Assembly: GCA_951406725.2 (NCBI GenBank)
Contig: OX597831.1
Location: 54,684,001-54,748,000 of the forward strand
Length of the DNA stretch: 64,000 nucleotides
Reading direction: 5' to 3'
Source: Octopus vulgaris
Lineage: Eukaryota
Shown: positions 12,124 through 26,454 of the stretch, piece after piece
Layout of the letters: every line of letters starts with the position of its first letter
Numbering within the stretch: the stretch's first letter is position 1
Made by a program: the position numbers and the translations under genes
Notes under the pieces: model-generated
Database searches by the model: none
Seen by the model: the letters and a program-made list of their open reading frames with translations, nothing else
What the model was told of the DNA's origin: nothing

Positions 12124-12916
12124 CTGGGGGTCCTTTTCTAATTCGAACCATTTTCTGGGGTTTCCTTCTCCAATTTTATTCCCACAGTTTTTACTATGTG
12201 CAAAAGTTTTCTTCCCAAAACCTTTCTCATATATAGTTGCATGTTTTTCATTCAAACTAGTTTGGTATTATTATAGTCCTGTTTTAATGTTAAAAATTAT
12301 ACTCTCTCTCTCTTTGATACAATTTTCTTCCCTCTTTCTCTCTCTCTCTTGCTGAAGTAATTAATTTACAGTCTATAGAATGGTTTGTGATAAATCCTGC
12401 TTAATGTAATAAGTATTATGGTGTTCTCTTCAGTGGAGCCATTGCATCACCTTGTAACCTATCTGTACATGTGAATCTAAGGCAAATAATCTTGTTAGAG
12501 AACATTCCTATCCAATCAAACAGTTGCAGCAGTCTTATTGGAAATATATTCAATATACTGGCAAACAACAACACTCCAGTAATTTCGCAGTATTTATATA
12601 ATCATTATGACACGTTCTCTACTCAGTATTGATATAGACTAAGTCTGTCTACATTAGTTTACTTTAAAGAGACAAGATGGTGTTTCTTCCCATGACACCA
12701 GATCATTGTGTTGTTGAGACCTTGTGGATATATCTACATGCTAACGGTGCTTCCAAAACTAGTACTTAACAGCAGCTTATGTATGTTGTGGATTGACAGA
12801 ATTGTTAGAGCATCCTTTCGTTTTAGACCTTTACATTTTGAGTTAAAATCCCACTGCAGTTGACTTTGCTTTTTATCCTTCTGATGTTGATAAAGTAATT
12901 ACCAGTCTAACATTAA

Positions 12917-13120
12917 CCCTTTCGTTACTGTATTTATTTTGAGATGCTCTGTGTTTCTTTCAATTACTTTAAATATAACAAAGAATTTAGTAAAATAACT
13001 TAGTCATCATTAAGCTAGTGTTAGGAACATGAATTGTGACTTAGGTTTGGTGGAAAATTTTAATTCAAAACATATGAAAACAAGACATTTGTACTCAGAG
13101 CCAGTTTGGTATCGAAAGGG
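12917..13120. mobile_element. piggyBac-type MITE inserted in a family A SINE remnant
   Basis: TTAA|ccctttcgttac ... gtatcgaaaggg|TTAA. Confidence 0.88.
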
Positions 13121-13597
13121 TTAAGGTTGATATTATTGAATGCAGGCTTCATGTATGTCACTTGTATACTGTGGCCCAGCTGGTTGTTCACTAATGAGTA
13201 GATACTGAATGACATATTTACAGAGGGGTCTTAAAAGGATGAGCAAACATAAGCACCTGTTGATATTATGCTGTTTGAAAAAGACACAAGAGATGATACT
13301 CTCTCTTAACCCTCAACCTGCTCTGTACACTATCACTCTAAATAGATGATATTTCTAAATAATTTTGAAATTTATTTCAACAGTTATGTAATTAGAGAAT
13401 AAAGGATTCTGTTAAGAGATCCACAAAACATAACTCATAGAGAGTTTTCCAGTATCATATCCACTTGGCCATTTCATTTCTTTAACAAAATATAAGGAAT
13501 TCTAACCATTAGAATTTATAAGTTAATATACTATTATCAAAAGATCTCTAGTCATCTTAAGGAGTACATTCAGTTGACTACTTCAACTATGGTGCAT

Positions 13598-13853
13598 TCA
13601 TCATCATCATCATCATCATCATCATCTTCGTTTAGCGTCTGCTTTCCATGCTAGCATGAGTTGGATGGTTCAACTGGGGTCTGGGAAGCCAGAAGGCTGC
13701 ACCAGGCCCAGTCTGATCTGGCAATGTTTCTACAGCTGGATGCCCTTCCTAACGCCAACCACTCCGTGAGTGTAGTGGGTGCTTTTTACGTGCCACCGGC
13801 CCAGGTGCAAGATGAGGCTGGCAAACAGCCACGATCAGATGGTGCTTTTTACG
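13598..13853 (-). mobile_element. SINE family D
   Basis: (cat)n tail; near-identical to 29260, 37070 and 61368. Confidence 0.9.
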
Positions 13854-15809
13854 TGTACATTATTAGATATTATTGAGCCTGGATAATATAAAGCTACTTC
13901 TACCTAACACTTTGAAATATTTTTTAAACTTACATCAAAATTGAAGTTAGTACTATAATGTATTCAATTTGGTTATCTTTCTTTGAATTAATTTGCTACA
14001 GATATACACCACTACGTTAGAGTTTTTAAAATTACCTTCTATTCTTTAAACTATTATGTAAATTTTGAAGTTGTTTACATCTAGCAAGGTCCAATTTAGA
14101 TTTCTTTGTTTTTCCTTCTATTTGAGCTATCAGTGTAAGAAAAAAAAAAAAAATTATTGATAATGTCTTACAGTGTTAGTTTTGCTTAGAAGAAACAAAT
14201 CAATCTTTTCAAATGTGATATTCAATATTATTTGTAAACTCCCTACTTGGTATGTTATGGTTTTCTTGAAATATTAACTTAAACCTGTTCTTTCATTTGC
14301 ACATTTCCCATCTTCTGTTTTATTTAGATATGTATCTTTCCCCACTGTCTCTATCTATACGGAGTCATTGTTACAGACTTTTCTACAAAGTTAGTTTGAA
14401 AAAAATCCTTATGTTTCTCAAAAACAAGCTTTAGTCTTTGTTTTTCTATATCTCAGTGATGTTTTCTGAGGGGTCATTAGGAGTTTCAGGTCTTTCAACA
14501 TCAGACACCCTCACCCAGGTAACCCAGCCAGGATTGATCAAGCCCCAGATTTTCTCTTGCTTGCACTACTCCTGATAAAACTGCTCTTTCCAGGACTCAT
14601 ACTTTCTGATCCACAGCCACCTTGAGACAATTAGAAACAGGTGCATGTCTTTCTTGACAGTTTTTTGTCTTTTGCCAGACCAGGTTTTCAGCTAACTCTA
14701 TCTCATCACTATTTCAACTTCCCCTTACATCATCATAGTTTCAGTTTGTCCTTTCCCTTATTCCAACTTCTCATTTTATCACTATGGTTTCAGCTCGTTA
14801 AATGAACTTAGGCCACATTGATTAAAACTGAGGGTGGGGATGAACAGATGGACACACGGACATGGACACACACACACACACACACACACAGTGTAAAATC
14901 ATGAGGATGCTCAGTGGCATTGCCAAGTATAAACATGAAAGGTCGGCTCTTTTATTAGCAAACAGCTTATTTTACTTCATCTACCAGCATTATTTATCAT
15001 GCAGTTTTCTCAACATCATTCATGCTGCTAGGTCTTCCAATGTTTGCACAAAGTTTATTATTGTCTTATTCAGTTATCTTCCTGTTATCTTTCCTGACTT
15101 TAGGAAGGTGATTTTTTACATGGAATGTCAAGCTGACTTAGGAAAAAAGTTTTGGATTTTGTAAATTTAATTTGAGCATGCGCTATTTAGGTAAGCAAGC
15201 ATGTTCATTTGTTTTTCTAAAAAATATTGGAAAGATTGCTTCTTAAAAAGCAAGACTAGTCTGATTTCTCCTTTATCTGCTTAGCTGCTGTGAAAGCAAT
15301 AAAGTAAAGAGATTTGTCTCATTTGTTAGTCAGCAACTGCTACTAATGTTTGTTTCAGATATTGGCTGAGTATTCTGTACATCTCTACAGACTTTCTTCA
15401 TGTGTCATGTGCTTTCCGCTTTACTGTGTCATTTCTTCAGCTACAGTGCTCTTCTTATAAGAAATGCTAAATATCATTATTGAGCTTGATGTGCAATTCC
15501 TAAGTCACCTGTTTGATGTTTATTATATTTAGGTCAGCTGAAACTTAGGCACAGTGATGAAACTTCATAAAGACTATATAAGGAACTTGGACACAATTGT
15601 AAGACTGTGCAGACAGTGCAGACTACTTAAACAGACAACTGAAAACATATATAAATATATAAATTAGAAAAAAAACCACCTTTTATCAATTCAATAATGA
15701 AAAAATTAAATTATACCATTTAGAAAAATTACATCTTATAGAAAGATTAGAAATACGATAAAACATATAACAATGATTAAGTAATGTGCAAAATAATACA
15801 TACACACAC

Positions 15810-15848
15810 ATGTATATATATATACATACTCACACACACACACATACA

Positions 15849-15901
<53 letters not shown>

Positions 15902-16005
15902 TTATATATATATACACACACATACTTGCACATATATATTAACATATGTACATACACACTCACACGTGTGTGTATGTGTATATACACACATACACACACA
16001 CACAG
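15810..16005. repeat. Compound (TA)n/(CA)n microsatellite
   Basis: Direct reading. Confidence 0.9.
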
Positions 16006-16659
16006 ATAGATAAATATCTGACAAAAAATGTAAATATGTAAACAATGTTGTTACATAACTTTAGTGAAGGTTATGTTTGTTTTGAATGGCTGTTGCAGTT
16101 ATTTCATCCCTATACACATCGGTTTGTTACGTATAAAATTTACGTAAATACATGCAATAACTAATGACTTAATTAATAAACGAAGTTGTTTGCTCTTTTG
16201 CTAACAATGCATCACACATGAGTGAGCCTATAGACATTAATTGATCTGCTAGTGAAACATTTACCTAGAGTGGGAGAATTAGCTGAAAGCCAATAGCTAT
16301 CAGTGTTAGATTTGTATCTAAAACCAATTTGCCTGAATCTTTGCATTGTTATATCTGGTGTCGAGAGATACTGTTAAACAAAACAATCTGATTAGCCAAA
16401 TTAAAATATATACATGCATGTGTGTGTGTGTGTTTGTGCCTGTGTATTTGTACTTGTGTGTGTGTATGTGTATAGCTAAAGTTAGTTGAAAGGAAAAGGG
16501 ATACTCTAAGAGTTGTCTTTCTTTACATCTGTAATGGAGTTTATAGGCTGACATGTTAAATGTTTGGTGTAAATAAATCAAGATTATTGTCTCCATTCTG
16601 GAAATAGTCAACCAAAACAATTGATATGGTAAATTTAAATTACACAGTGCCATAGAGTA

Positions 16660-17183
16660 TACATTGTCAAGATTTTCCAATCACATGCAAATGGTTGCAG
16701 GCAATTTTCTGGCTAACTTGAAGTTCTTTTGCCAGTCCTCAAATGGTTTTACGTGGATCTTTCTCAATAACAGTCTTTAATTGAACATCATTAATGACAG
16801 ATGAGTGTCCACTATGCTCATAATATTCAAGGCTCAGGTCTCCACTGTGAAATCATTTAAACCATTTTTGAGCTGACCGCTAACTGGTCATTTCCTCACC
16901 AAATGTTTCGTTGATATCATGAGCAGTTTCAGCTGTTTTACATCCTTTTTTGAAGTTGAATAGCAAAATTGCTTGACTATTGCGCTTTGACTGTTCCATT
17001 TCAGATGGTTGTAACAACGGTGAAAAAAATACCAATGTTAATTTATTGATGCATTTGGGCAAGTCTATGTCTGTATTATCAGACAATTGCAAAAAAAAAG
17101 TTTTTAAAAAATTGAAAACTCTGCAAAAATCTGGTACAAATTCTTCATGGTTCAAAACATTGCTTACTCTTTACTCAACCTGA
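16660..17183 (-). mobile_element. Mariner transposon 5' fragment (decayed transposase N-terminus)
   Basis: MEQSKRNSQAILLFNFKKGCKTAETAHDINETFGEE...WFK..HSGDLSLE is a mariner HTH region; TIR-like TA|tcaggttgagtaaag at 17183. Confidence 0.85.
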
Positions 17184-17199
17184 TATATTCATAAGATAT

Positions 17200-17830
17200 T
17201 TAGTCTATATAATCAACAAAGACAATGCATACATCAGACCATAGGGATTTTAAAGCCAATTTAGACACCCCTTTTGTAAGATCATAGAGACTGTGTGGTG
17301 AATTTTGGCTATAAGACCCGTAAAATTATATAGCCAGACAACATAGCTATAGTTTCTTAAAGATCATATTATCAAGGTACATAATGCAGACCTAGAACCA
17401 TTGAGAATGTGTGTGTGTGTGTGTGTGTGTGTATTGTCAATTTCAGCACATAGTCAATAGAAACCATTTAATACATTAATATGACAGTTTTGAGACTGTG
17501 GACACTATATCGTGAAATTAGCATGATCATAAGATTGTAGAAACTATATTAACTGTAGACAACTATACAAACTCTATTAGACAACATATTTTAGTCTACA
17601 TGCTGCATAGTCAATTGAGATAACAGTTGTAGGATCTTAGTTGTCATACATTCAATTTAGACAACACTGATAAGATCAGAGACTGTAGAAGCAAGTTATA
17701 AGTCCATAGAGAATATATAGTCATGTCAGAAAACCACAGATACTATATGGTTATTTAGACAACACAGTCACAAAACAAAAGCTCTGTAGTAAATTTTGAC
17801 ATCAAAATCACAAGACCATGGAATGAGATA
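17200..17830. repeat. Diverged 43-bp minisatellite block
   Basis: Recurrent aagaccatagagactatatagtcaatttagacaac-like units; a smaller block lies at about 15530-15650. Confidence 0.7.
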
Positions 17831-18499
17831 TTTTTTGATTTGTTTACATATTAATTGGTTCACTGCTGTAAAGTTTTCTAAGACTTCTGTATTTAGTTCA
17901 ATGATCATCAATTTTGAATACATACCAGCGATCTATCAATTGTTTCTACCCCTCTTATACATGTGTGAGCATTTTAGTTACCTGCAATGATTAATGGAAG
18001 GTGTCCTGCCAACAACTGCTTAGAGGTTGCCATTAAAATTGGTTCTTCACACTTTCATTGGCTCCAGGGTTATTGCATAGACTGCTTTGATAGAGATGTT
18101 GTATAAAGTGCTAAGTGAGGTGATATAAGTTCCAAGTACAACAGAGGCATGCTATTTAGAGTTGTCATCAATGCTGCCGTGACACCAGTGGTAATCAACA
18201 GAGAATTAGGGAATCTTAAAATATTGATATTTGGAGTCAGTCTCACATCTGAGAGATAATTACACTGACGTAATGTAAGTTTTTAGGGTCTTAAATCCCA
18301 ACTGGTAAAAGAATCATCCTTGCAGGTTATTTAGCAAAAAATTGCAGAACTGTCTTTCTCGATCTCTAGTGACTGCCATCAAATATATATATATATATAT
18401 ATATTGCTTTATATATTTCTTTTTCCACCTCTACTGTGGAATTTGTATGGGCTGAGTAAGTGGTGGGAATAATTATTATTGAAAGGAGTAAGAGGGTAA

Positions 18500-18778
18500 G
18501 GGTAAAGACCTTCTTTGATCATGAATGACCATGGGATTGCAGCAACAAAGTTTATGGAAGACCAGCAGTCATCCATGCACCACCAATATTATCCAAGGGA
18601 AAGGTAATGGCCAATACAGCTTGACACCAGTGACATTGCAATTCATTTCTACAGCTGAGTGAACTGGAGCAATGTGAAATAAAGTGTCTTGCTCAAAATC
18701 ACAACACAGTCTGGTCAGGAATAGAACTCACTCCCTCATGATTGTGAGTCCAACACCCTATCCACTGAACCATGGGCA
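18500..18778 (-). mobile_element. SINE family B variant with RTE-like tail
   Basis: gctgagtgaactggagcaatgtgaaataaagtgtcttgctcaa core; ggtaagggtaaag-type tail. Confidence 0.75.
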
Positions 18779-18832
18779 TAAAACAACAATGAAAGTGGAT
18801 TAAACCAGTAGTTCATGTAATATATAAAATAA

Positions 18833-18923
18833 CTGTGCATAGCTCAAACAGCAGAGCCTCAGACTTCTAAGGCAAATTCCATAAGTGATCTGAATGTCGT
18901 GGGTTCAAGTCTCTCAGTGTATA
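18833..18923 (+). pseudogene. Decayed intron-containing tRNA-Arg(TCT)-like gene
   Basis: D stem GCTC/GAGC, anticodon stem TCAGA/TCTGA, loop CT-TCT-A, 18-nt insertion after position 37, GGTTCAAGTC T loop, TTTT about 10 nt downstream; acceptor stem and D loop degraded. Confidence 0.6.
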
Positions 18924-18936
18924 TGTGTTCTCTTTT

Positions 18937-19325
18937 AGGCACAGGTTTGGCTGTGAAGTTAAGAAGCTTGCTTAGCAACCATGTGGTTCTGGGTTCAGTC
19001 TCAGTGTGTGACACCTTGGTTATGTGTCTTCTACTATAACTCCAGGCTGACCAATGCCTTGTGAGTGGATTTGGATAGATAGAAACTGTGTGGAAGCCTA
19101 TTATATATATGTGTGTGTGTGTGTTTGTTTGTTCCCTACCATTGTTTGATCACTGGTGTTGGCTTGCTTACATCCCCATAACTTAGCAGTTCAGCAAAAT
19201 AGTCTGATAGAATAAGTACCAAGACTTAATAAGTACAGGTGCCAATTTGTATGACTAAAACCCTTGAAACAGTGCCCCAGCATGGCCACTATCCAATGAC
19301 TGAAACAAGTTAAAGATAAAAGAAA
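18937..19325 (+). mobile_element. SINE family C, full length
   Basis: Head aggcacaggtttggctgtg through tail gactgaaacaagttaaagataaaaga. Confidence 0.88.
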
Positions 19326-19974
19326 TAAAATAATCGAGACAGCAGTACATGGAGTGACAATGTAATATTTTAAGTTATCAACATAGATTAGCGATATGTA
19401 TGTAATCATATTCATAGAGATATGCTGTCTATAAATATTCATATATCAGCATTCATAAAGTATGTCATGTGTAAAATATATCATATAAAGTGTTTGTGTT
19501 TCACAGTACCTTTTGGAGCAACACACACACAAAAAAAAACAAAAAGAAAAGGCGGGAAAATAAGTGTACTTTAGTTACTGGGAACTGACAAAAATTAATT
19601 TACTGTTTTGGGTATTTGCTCAGCTAGTCACGCATATCTAAAAGAGACTAAGTGAATATGGCGTTACGTTTGAAATGTAGATTGTGTTTAACATTATGGA
19701 AGTTAAGGTTGTGTCACTAAAGGCTGTTGAAACTGCGATGTCTTATGATTTGTATCAGTAGTGTATGTTGCAGTGACTTGTAACTGTATGATGTATAAGC
19801 TGTAATGGCTTGTGGCTTGTAGGAGTAGTGTAAATACAATGTCTTGTAAGTGTACATTGCATAAGCTTTCAACTTGGCTTCGAAGTGTTTGGTAGAATTT
19901 GCTGATAGTATGATGTCTGACTCAACAGGGATTGCAGCATGAATACTTGTTCCTTGATCTGTCTCACGTATGAC

Positions 19975-21215
19975 ACTGTGAGCCATCACCTCCTGAAAAA
20001 GATCTTGGAGTTGACAAAAGATGAGGTGTTTATGGAAAGGTAGTTACTTTTTTGTTGTCTTGAACAATTGTAATCACTGGCAATAACAATGCAATGACTT
20101 ACCCCCAAGGTAGTGTGCTGGCCTCATTACTGTGTAGTGTCTGTGCTATTGATCAGTCAGTGGACCAGAAAACTGAGTAGTTCATTTATGATGATGACCT
20201 CTTTGTCACAGTCCAAGAGAGTATGTTTGAAGCAGTTGAAGCAAAACCTCATCTCAGCCTCAGATGAACTACTTCTCTATTGCAAATGTAACCAGCTACC
20301 TGCCAATCCTGCAAAGACTCAAGTCTGTTTTCCATTTTAGGAATTGTGAAGCCAACCACCTCTTAACATCAGTTGGTCTGGAACATCACTGGATCACTGA
20401 ACCCACCCTATCAACTTTGGAGTTACTTTGGATCACACTCTCTCCTTTAAGGAGGACATTAAAAAAAAATACCACATGGAAAGATATTTCCCAAAACAAC
20501 ATCCTACAGAAACTGGTCAACTACAAACGGAGAATCACTGCACCAACATTAAAATCTACTGCTTTGGTTTTATGCTATTTCTTTATGGAATATGCATGTC
20601 ATGTCTGGAAGCGATCAACCCATACCAAGGAATTTGACCCAAAATCAAACAACATCTGATGCCTGATCAGAGGTTACATGAAACCTACCAACACAACCTG
20701 CACCTCCTTGCTGACATTGCCCATGCTGATATCAGACGAGAAGTGGACAATCAAGAAGAAATGATAAAGGCTGCTTGTGATGAATGCCATCTCTTTCCTG
20801 GACATCGATTCTTAGCTCCATAACTGAAGTCACGAAGTATAGCTCTGAGGAAATAAAACAAAACAACAAAAAAAAAAAAGCAGACTCCAGCTCTGCATGG
20901 AAAAGCCAAAGAATGACCCACTTCCACTTGACATGGAAATCTCCCCAGCCCTCACTGAAGACCTCCCTCCTGGCTCAGAAGCACCATCACTTCAGTTGAA
21001 GACATTTAGCTGCATGGGAACAAGAACAGGATGATTACAGGCTACTTTGGTCAGATGGAGTGGCATGACTGACCCAACCACCAATAGAGAAGCAGTCCAT
21101 ACTATGGAACAATGTCTTGTTTGTCCTCCCCTACCCAGCTCCTGTAGCACAGAAGACCTGTCAGTGTTGAATAAAAATGCAAAGGACTGCATAAAGAAAT
21201 GGGGGAAACTGTTAC
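19975..21215 (+). mobile_element. RTEX-like LINE, 5'-truncated and frameshifted
   Basis: FIYDDDL (YADD-like), ANPAKTQVC.FH.RNCEA, GVTLDHTLSF, LKSTALVLCYFFMEYACHVWKRSTH, LLADIAHADIRRE motifs of a non-LTR reverse transcriptase C-terminal half. Confidence 0.82.
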
Positions 21216-23163
21216 ATAACCATTATTCTTCAAAGAATCCAAAAAATGAAGACTACATAAACTGCAATAGCTTATGATTTGTAACACTCATTTAAGATAC
21301 AATGTTCTTGTGACTGTAAGTTGCAAAAAGTGCAATGGCTTGTGGCCTGTAATAGTAATTAATATAGTAATTCATGCAACTTGTTGAAGTTGTTTTGTCT
21401 GTGCAAGAAAAAAATTATAATAAGTGCAAGCTGTTTAACTCAAATTAAGGTATGGTTAGCTGTTGGTTGCTGTAATGATTGCTATTGGCAAAAAGGGCCA
21501 TTGTTTGACAGTGGTAAAAGTCCAAAGGGTTACCAATTCATTCCATGAGTAACGTGCATGACTTCCTGCAAACCAGTCTATTGAGAAGCATTGAGTGAAT
21601 CAACTCATTCTCTTATAATATTCACTAGAATGGCCCATTGTTCAGATCAGTCCATCTATGGAGTGAATAATATAATTTTTGTTTGAAAATAATTTATCTG
21701 TCATTTCTGGTTGAAATCCTATGATAGTCCAACAATAAGTATTGTATAAAAGTAATTAAGTAACTGTTAACAGTTTAGCATAAGACTTGAATACATGTAG
21801 TGCTGCTGCTGATAATGTTCCTGTGATGTATCAAGTTACTGGAAAATGAAATATCAACTGATTTCAATAGATTTAAGTGGGAAGTCAAATTCTGTGGATG
21901 TGAGTTCAAATTGCTGTCATGATTGAATGTAGTCTTTCCTTTGATGAGTTACTTGCTACAAATCAAGAAACAACACTGTCATGAGACCAAAGGGACAATA
22001 TAGTCAATTTAGACAACATTCATAAGACTGTAGATAGTACAGAGTCAATTTAGGATACAAGCATAAGACTATAATAATTATATAACCAATTTAGACAATA
22101 TAAAACCATAAAAATTATATACTCAAATTAGACTAAACAGTAATAAGACCTTTAGTGACTGTATAGTAAATTTAGGTAACATAGTTATAAGATCATTGAT
22201 ACTTTATAATCAACCATGGCGACAGCCTTGAGACCCTTAGGTCTACATTGTCATAAAAGAAAGCCTCCATAAGCCCATATTGGTTATATAGTCAATTTAA
22301 ATGACACAGTTATGAGACTATAGCGAACAAAGCAGTCTTTAGACTGGAGAGTATATAGTAAAGTTAGACAACACAGTCACAAGACTAGAGATTATATAGT
22401 AATTTAAAGAACACATTCATAAGACCATTCAAACTATATAGTTAATTTACACATCTTAGTCTTAAGTTCATAGATAATGTATATTCGACTTACACAATAG
22501 TCATTAGACTAGGAGACTAGAAAGTCAATTTAGACATCTTAAAAATCATAGAAATCGTGTTATGATGAGACCAAAAAGGCTATATATTTAACTTAAAACA
22601 ACACTGTCATCAAAGACCATTAAAACTACGTATTGTCAATTTTTAGATAGTCATAAGACCATATTGTCTATGTTATCAATTTGAACAAGAGAGAAGACCA
22701 TAGATCCTATATAATCAAATTTACATCACACACTCAATCTAGACGAGCCATAAGACAATAGGAACTATATAGTTAATTTAAAAAACATTTGATTTTGACA
22801 ACATTCTACAAAGCCATAGAGACTGTAGTCTATTTAGACAGCCTGCTCATAAAACCTTAGAGATGATATTGTTAATTTATGTGATATGGTTGTAAACCCA
22901 TAGAAGTAGTTTAGTTAGTTATAGTTTAGTCATAAAATAGTATGACTATGTAGTTAAATGGGACAACACAGTCATACAACCATGGAAACTTTGCTGTCAA
23001 ATTGAAGAAGGCAATCATATATATCATAAAGACTATATAGCTAACATAATTGACAGTTATAAAATAAGGAATAAAGTCCAATTAGACAACGCAGATATAA
23101 GACCAGAAATGCTATATGGTCAATTTACAAGTTACAGTCACAAAGCCATAGAGAATATATATA

Positions 23164-23394
23164 TTTCTTTACTACCCACAGGGGCTAAACATAGAGGGGA
23201 CAAACAAGGACAGACAAAGGGATTAAGTTGATTACATCGACCCCAGTGCGAAACTGGTACTTTATTTATCGACCCCGAAAGGGATGAAAGGCAAAGTCGA
23301 CCTCGGTGGAATTTGAACTCAGAACGTAACAACAGACGAAATACCGCTAAGCATTTTGCCCGGTGCACTAACATTCCTGCCAGCTTGCTGCCTT
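23164..23394 (-). mobile_element. SINE family A in the minisatellite
   Basis: TSD agaatatata at 23152-23161 and 23396-23405. Confidence 0.92.
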
Positions 23395-24364
23395 AAGAAT
23401 ATATAATTAGTTAAGAAAACAGTCATAAGAGCATAGATACTGTATAGTCTTCAATAGTTGTGAGGCATTGTGATAATACAGTCAATATGGACATCATTCA
23501 TAAGACCACAATGACTATACAGTCAATTTAGACAGTGTAGTTATAAAAGGGTGGAGATTATACACTGAAGTTAGACATTGCATTCTTAGACTATGAAGAT
23601 TATCTAATGAATTTATACAGCAGTTATAATGCTATTTAACTATATAATTAATTTAGATGAAATAGTCTTAATATCATAGATGTGCATTCAACTTATACAA
23701 TGTTTTTATATTAGAGTGACCATATATAAAATGTAATCTACATTATTGTTTTATGACTGTAGTTACTATGTAGTCAAATCAGACAACAATCATAAGACCA
23801 TACAGACTCTACATTTAACTCAGACAACTCCAGCATAAGAGCCAAATCATAATATCATAGAGATTATATATAGTCAGTTTAGACAGCACATTCATAGGAT
23901 CTGTAAGCTATATCATCTAGTCCTATGATATTAGAGACTATGTAGTAAACTTAGATAATATGGTCAAAAGACTATAAAAGCTATGCATTCAACTTAGACC
24001 ATAGTTATAAGGCAATAGACAGTATACAGTAAATTTAGACAACATATTTAAAAGATTATATGCATATCTAGCAATGTAAACATTAGCAAGTTTACACAAA
24101 CTATATAGTTATATTAGATACAGCAGTCATATGTTCATATATACTATATAATTAATTTAGGCAAAACTCAGTCATAAGACTATAGAGACTAATTACTCCT
24201 TTTATGCAACCCAATTATGAAACTATGGGGACTATTTAGTCAACTACATAGACATCATAAAGACCATTGACACTCTATAGTCAATTTAAGCAACATAGTA
24301 TTAAGGTCTTAAAGATTATAGTCAATCTGGACAGCACAGTCATATACCATGATTATACAAGGTA

Positions 24365-25461
24365 GGGGTGTTCAGGCTAAATTTGACAATTTTTGTGTTT
24401 CCCTTTTTCAGAAACAGCTTTAATGTATCGGTGAACAGTCAATGGTGTTGGAGAGTATGAAGATTAACCTTTTAGAATTCTGATTATTCTATGAAATGTA
24501 ATGCTTATTTATTCACATTGCTCCAAATTTATTCTGCATTAACTTGTAGCCTTGAGATTTTGATTATGTGGCTGTATATTTTTTAGACTAACATTGTAGG
24601 GTAGGTGTGAGAAGCAGAATCTGATCAGTTTGGGACATAAAACAGGTAAAATATTTTGGTTGGGTGTAGCTGGTTCAAATGCTAAAGGGTTAAAGTTATA
24701 GTTGAAAAGAGTAGCTAACATGGAGAACTGGAAGCTGTCTGGATGTTGGAAGAGTTACTTGTATTGTGATGTTTTATGCTGGGTATCAAAATGCCAACAC
24801 ATGACTACTGCGGAATGTTCTGTGAACACTGTAAAGGCTGTAAGACATGGCATGACATGGCTGGCTGTAATGAAGACTAGGATGGCATGGCTAGCAGAAA
24901 GGGACACAGTAGGCACTTTGATTGCGTCCGCATGCTGGAACTCATCCGCACACTTTTGAACAGGGCCTTAGGCTCAATTCAAATGAAACTGTTGGAGACT
25001 GTAGTCAATCCCTGGCAGGAGAGTATTGTTGTTGGAAGGCCATATGTGTGGCAGCAGGATTCAGCTTCTTGCCATGACTCTGGAAAGAGTCGTCAGAAGT
25101 GGTTCTTGGAAAATTTCTTCACCATCCCCAAATTCTGGTCTCCTGATTCCCCCACGTGTAATCCCATGGATTACTATGTGTGGGTGGTGCAGTTGAGAAA
25201 GATACCTATCATTCTGCCTGCAACACCAAGGCCGAGCTGGTGGCCTAGATCAAGGACGTGTTCAAAGATATCCTCAGGGGCATTGTAAAGAATACATACA
25301 TCAGTTTCTGGAGCTGTTTTGAGGCCATGGTGGAAGCTGAGAGTGGCTACTTTTAATCAAGTTGACATTTTTTGATATTTTTAAAATACTTTTATTGTTG
25401 GAAGGCATATTGTGTTTCGCTTTCTTTTTATGCAAACTGTCGAATTTAGCTTGAATGCCCC
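24365..25461 (+). mobile_element. maT-like (Tc1/mariner) transposon, internally deleted
   Basis: TIRs ggggtgttcaggctaaatttgacaattt / aaactgtcgaatttagcttgaatgcccc; RPYVWQQDSASCH...WSPDSPTCNPMDYYVW catalytic region. Confidence 0.88.
24468..24689. mobile_element. piggyBac-type MITE nested in the maT element
   Basis: TTAA|ccttttagaatt ... aaatgctaaaggg|TTAA. Confidence 0.82.
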
Positions 25462-25486
25462 ATATATTGTTATTACTATATAATTC

Positions 25487-25777
25487 ACTGCATCAGCCCG
25501 ACTATCGGATATTGTTCTACACCACTGGTCACAATATACTTCCTTGCATTGTTGTAGCTTTCAAATGATGCTACCCCACTATCTAAGAAAGTAGGCCGAC
25601 ATTTCCTCTGAATGTAATTCCAGTCTGTTGCAGTATTACTCATTTTTTCAGCTGAGTAGACTGAAGCAACGTGAAATGAAGTGTTTTGCTCAAGAACACA
25701 ATGAACCACCAGTCTAGGAATTGAAACTGTGATCTTGCAGTCATGAGTACAACACTCTAACCACTAGCCATGCACCT
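25487..25777 (-). mobile_element. SINE family B
   Basis: gcaacgtgaaatgaagtgttttgctcaagaacaca core and reversed tRNA head. Confidence 0.8.
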
Positions 25778-26454
25778 GCTCCTTCACATATACTTAATTC
25801 CAATAGTTAAAAAGACTACACAATCATTGAGGCTATGTAGTCAATTTAGATACATCATATGACCATAGAAACACTAATTGATTTAAACACTCATTATGCT
25901 ATAATGACCATATAGTTAATTTTAACAGTGGTCAAATGACTGCAGCAGTTGTAGTTGTATAGGTCATTTAAGCAACACAATAATAAAACAATGTAGATTG
26001 CATATAGTGAATTTTGACACATGGAACTACACAGACTATTAGTCAATTTAAACAACAGTCATAAGTGCAAAGAAATGGTAATGTTGATTTAGACTGCATA
26101 GTCATAAGACTATAGCAACTATATTATCATTTGAAACAGCACCAGCATAAGAAATAGAGACTGCATGATCAATTTAGACAGCACAGTTGTAAGACTATTG
26201 AGGTTATGGAGTCAATTTAGCCATAAATTTTTGAGAATTAATTTAGTTGATTCTGTTGACAATTGTAAGACCATACACTATATAGTCAATTTAGACTGCA
26301 CTGCCATGAGACCATAGAGACTATATAGTCAACTGAAACTAGTCATATGACCATAGTGACTATGTATATTAAACATAGGCACTTGTTTCATATGACTATA
26401 GGGACTAACATTGAACAAAGACAACAATCGTAAGACCATAGTGACTATATATTG

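Noticed and set aside
12434-12632. 65-codon open frame after ctcttcag
   Set aside because: Phase 2 fits no donor found here, composition is at background level and there is no recognisable motif
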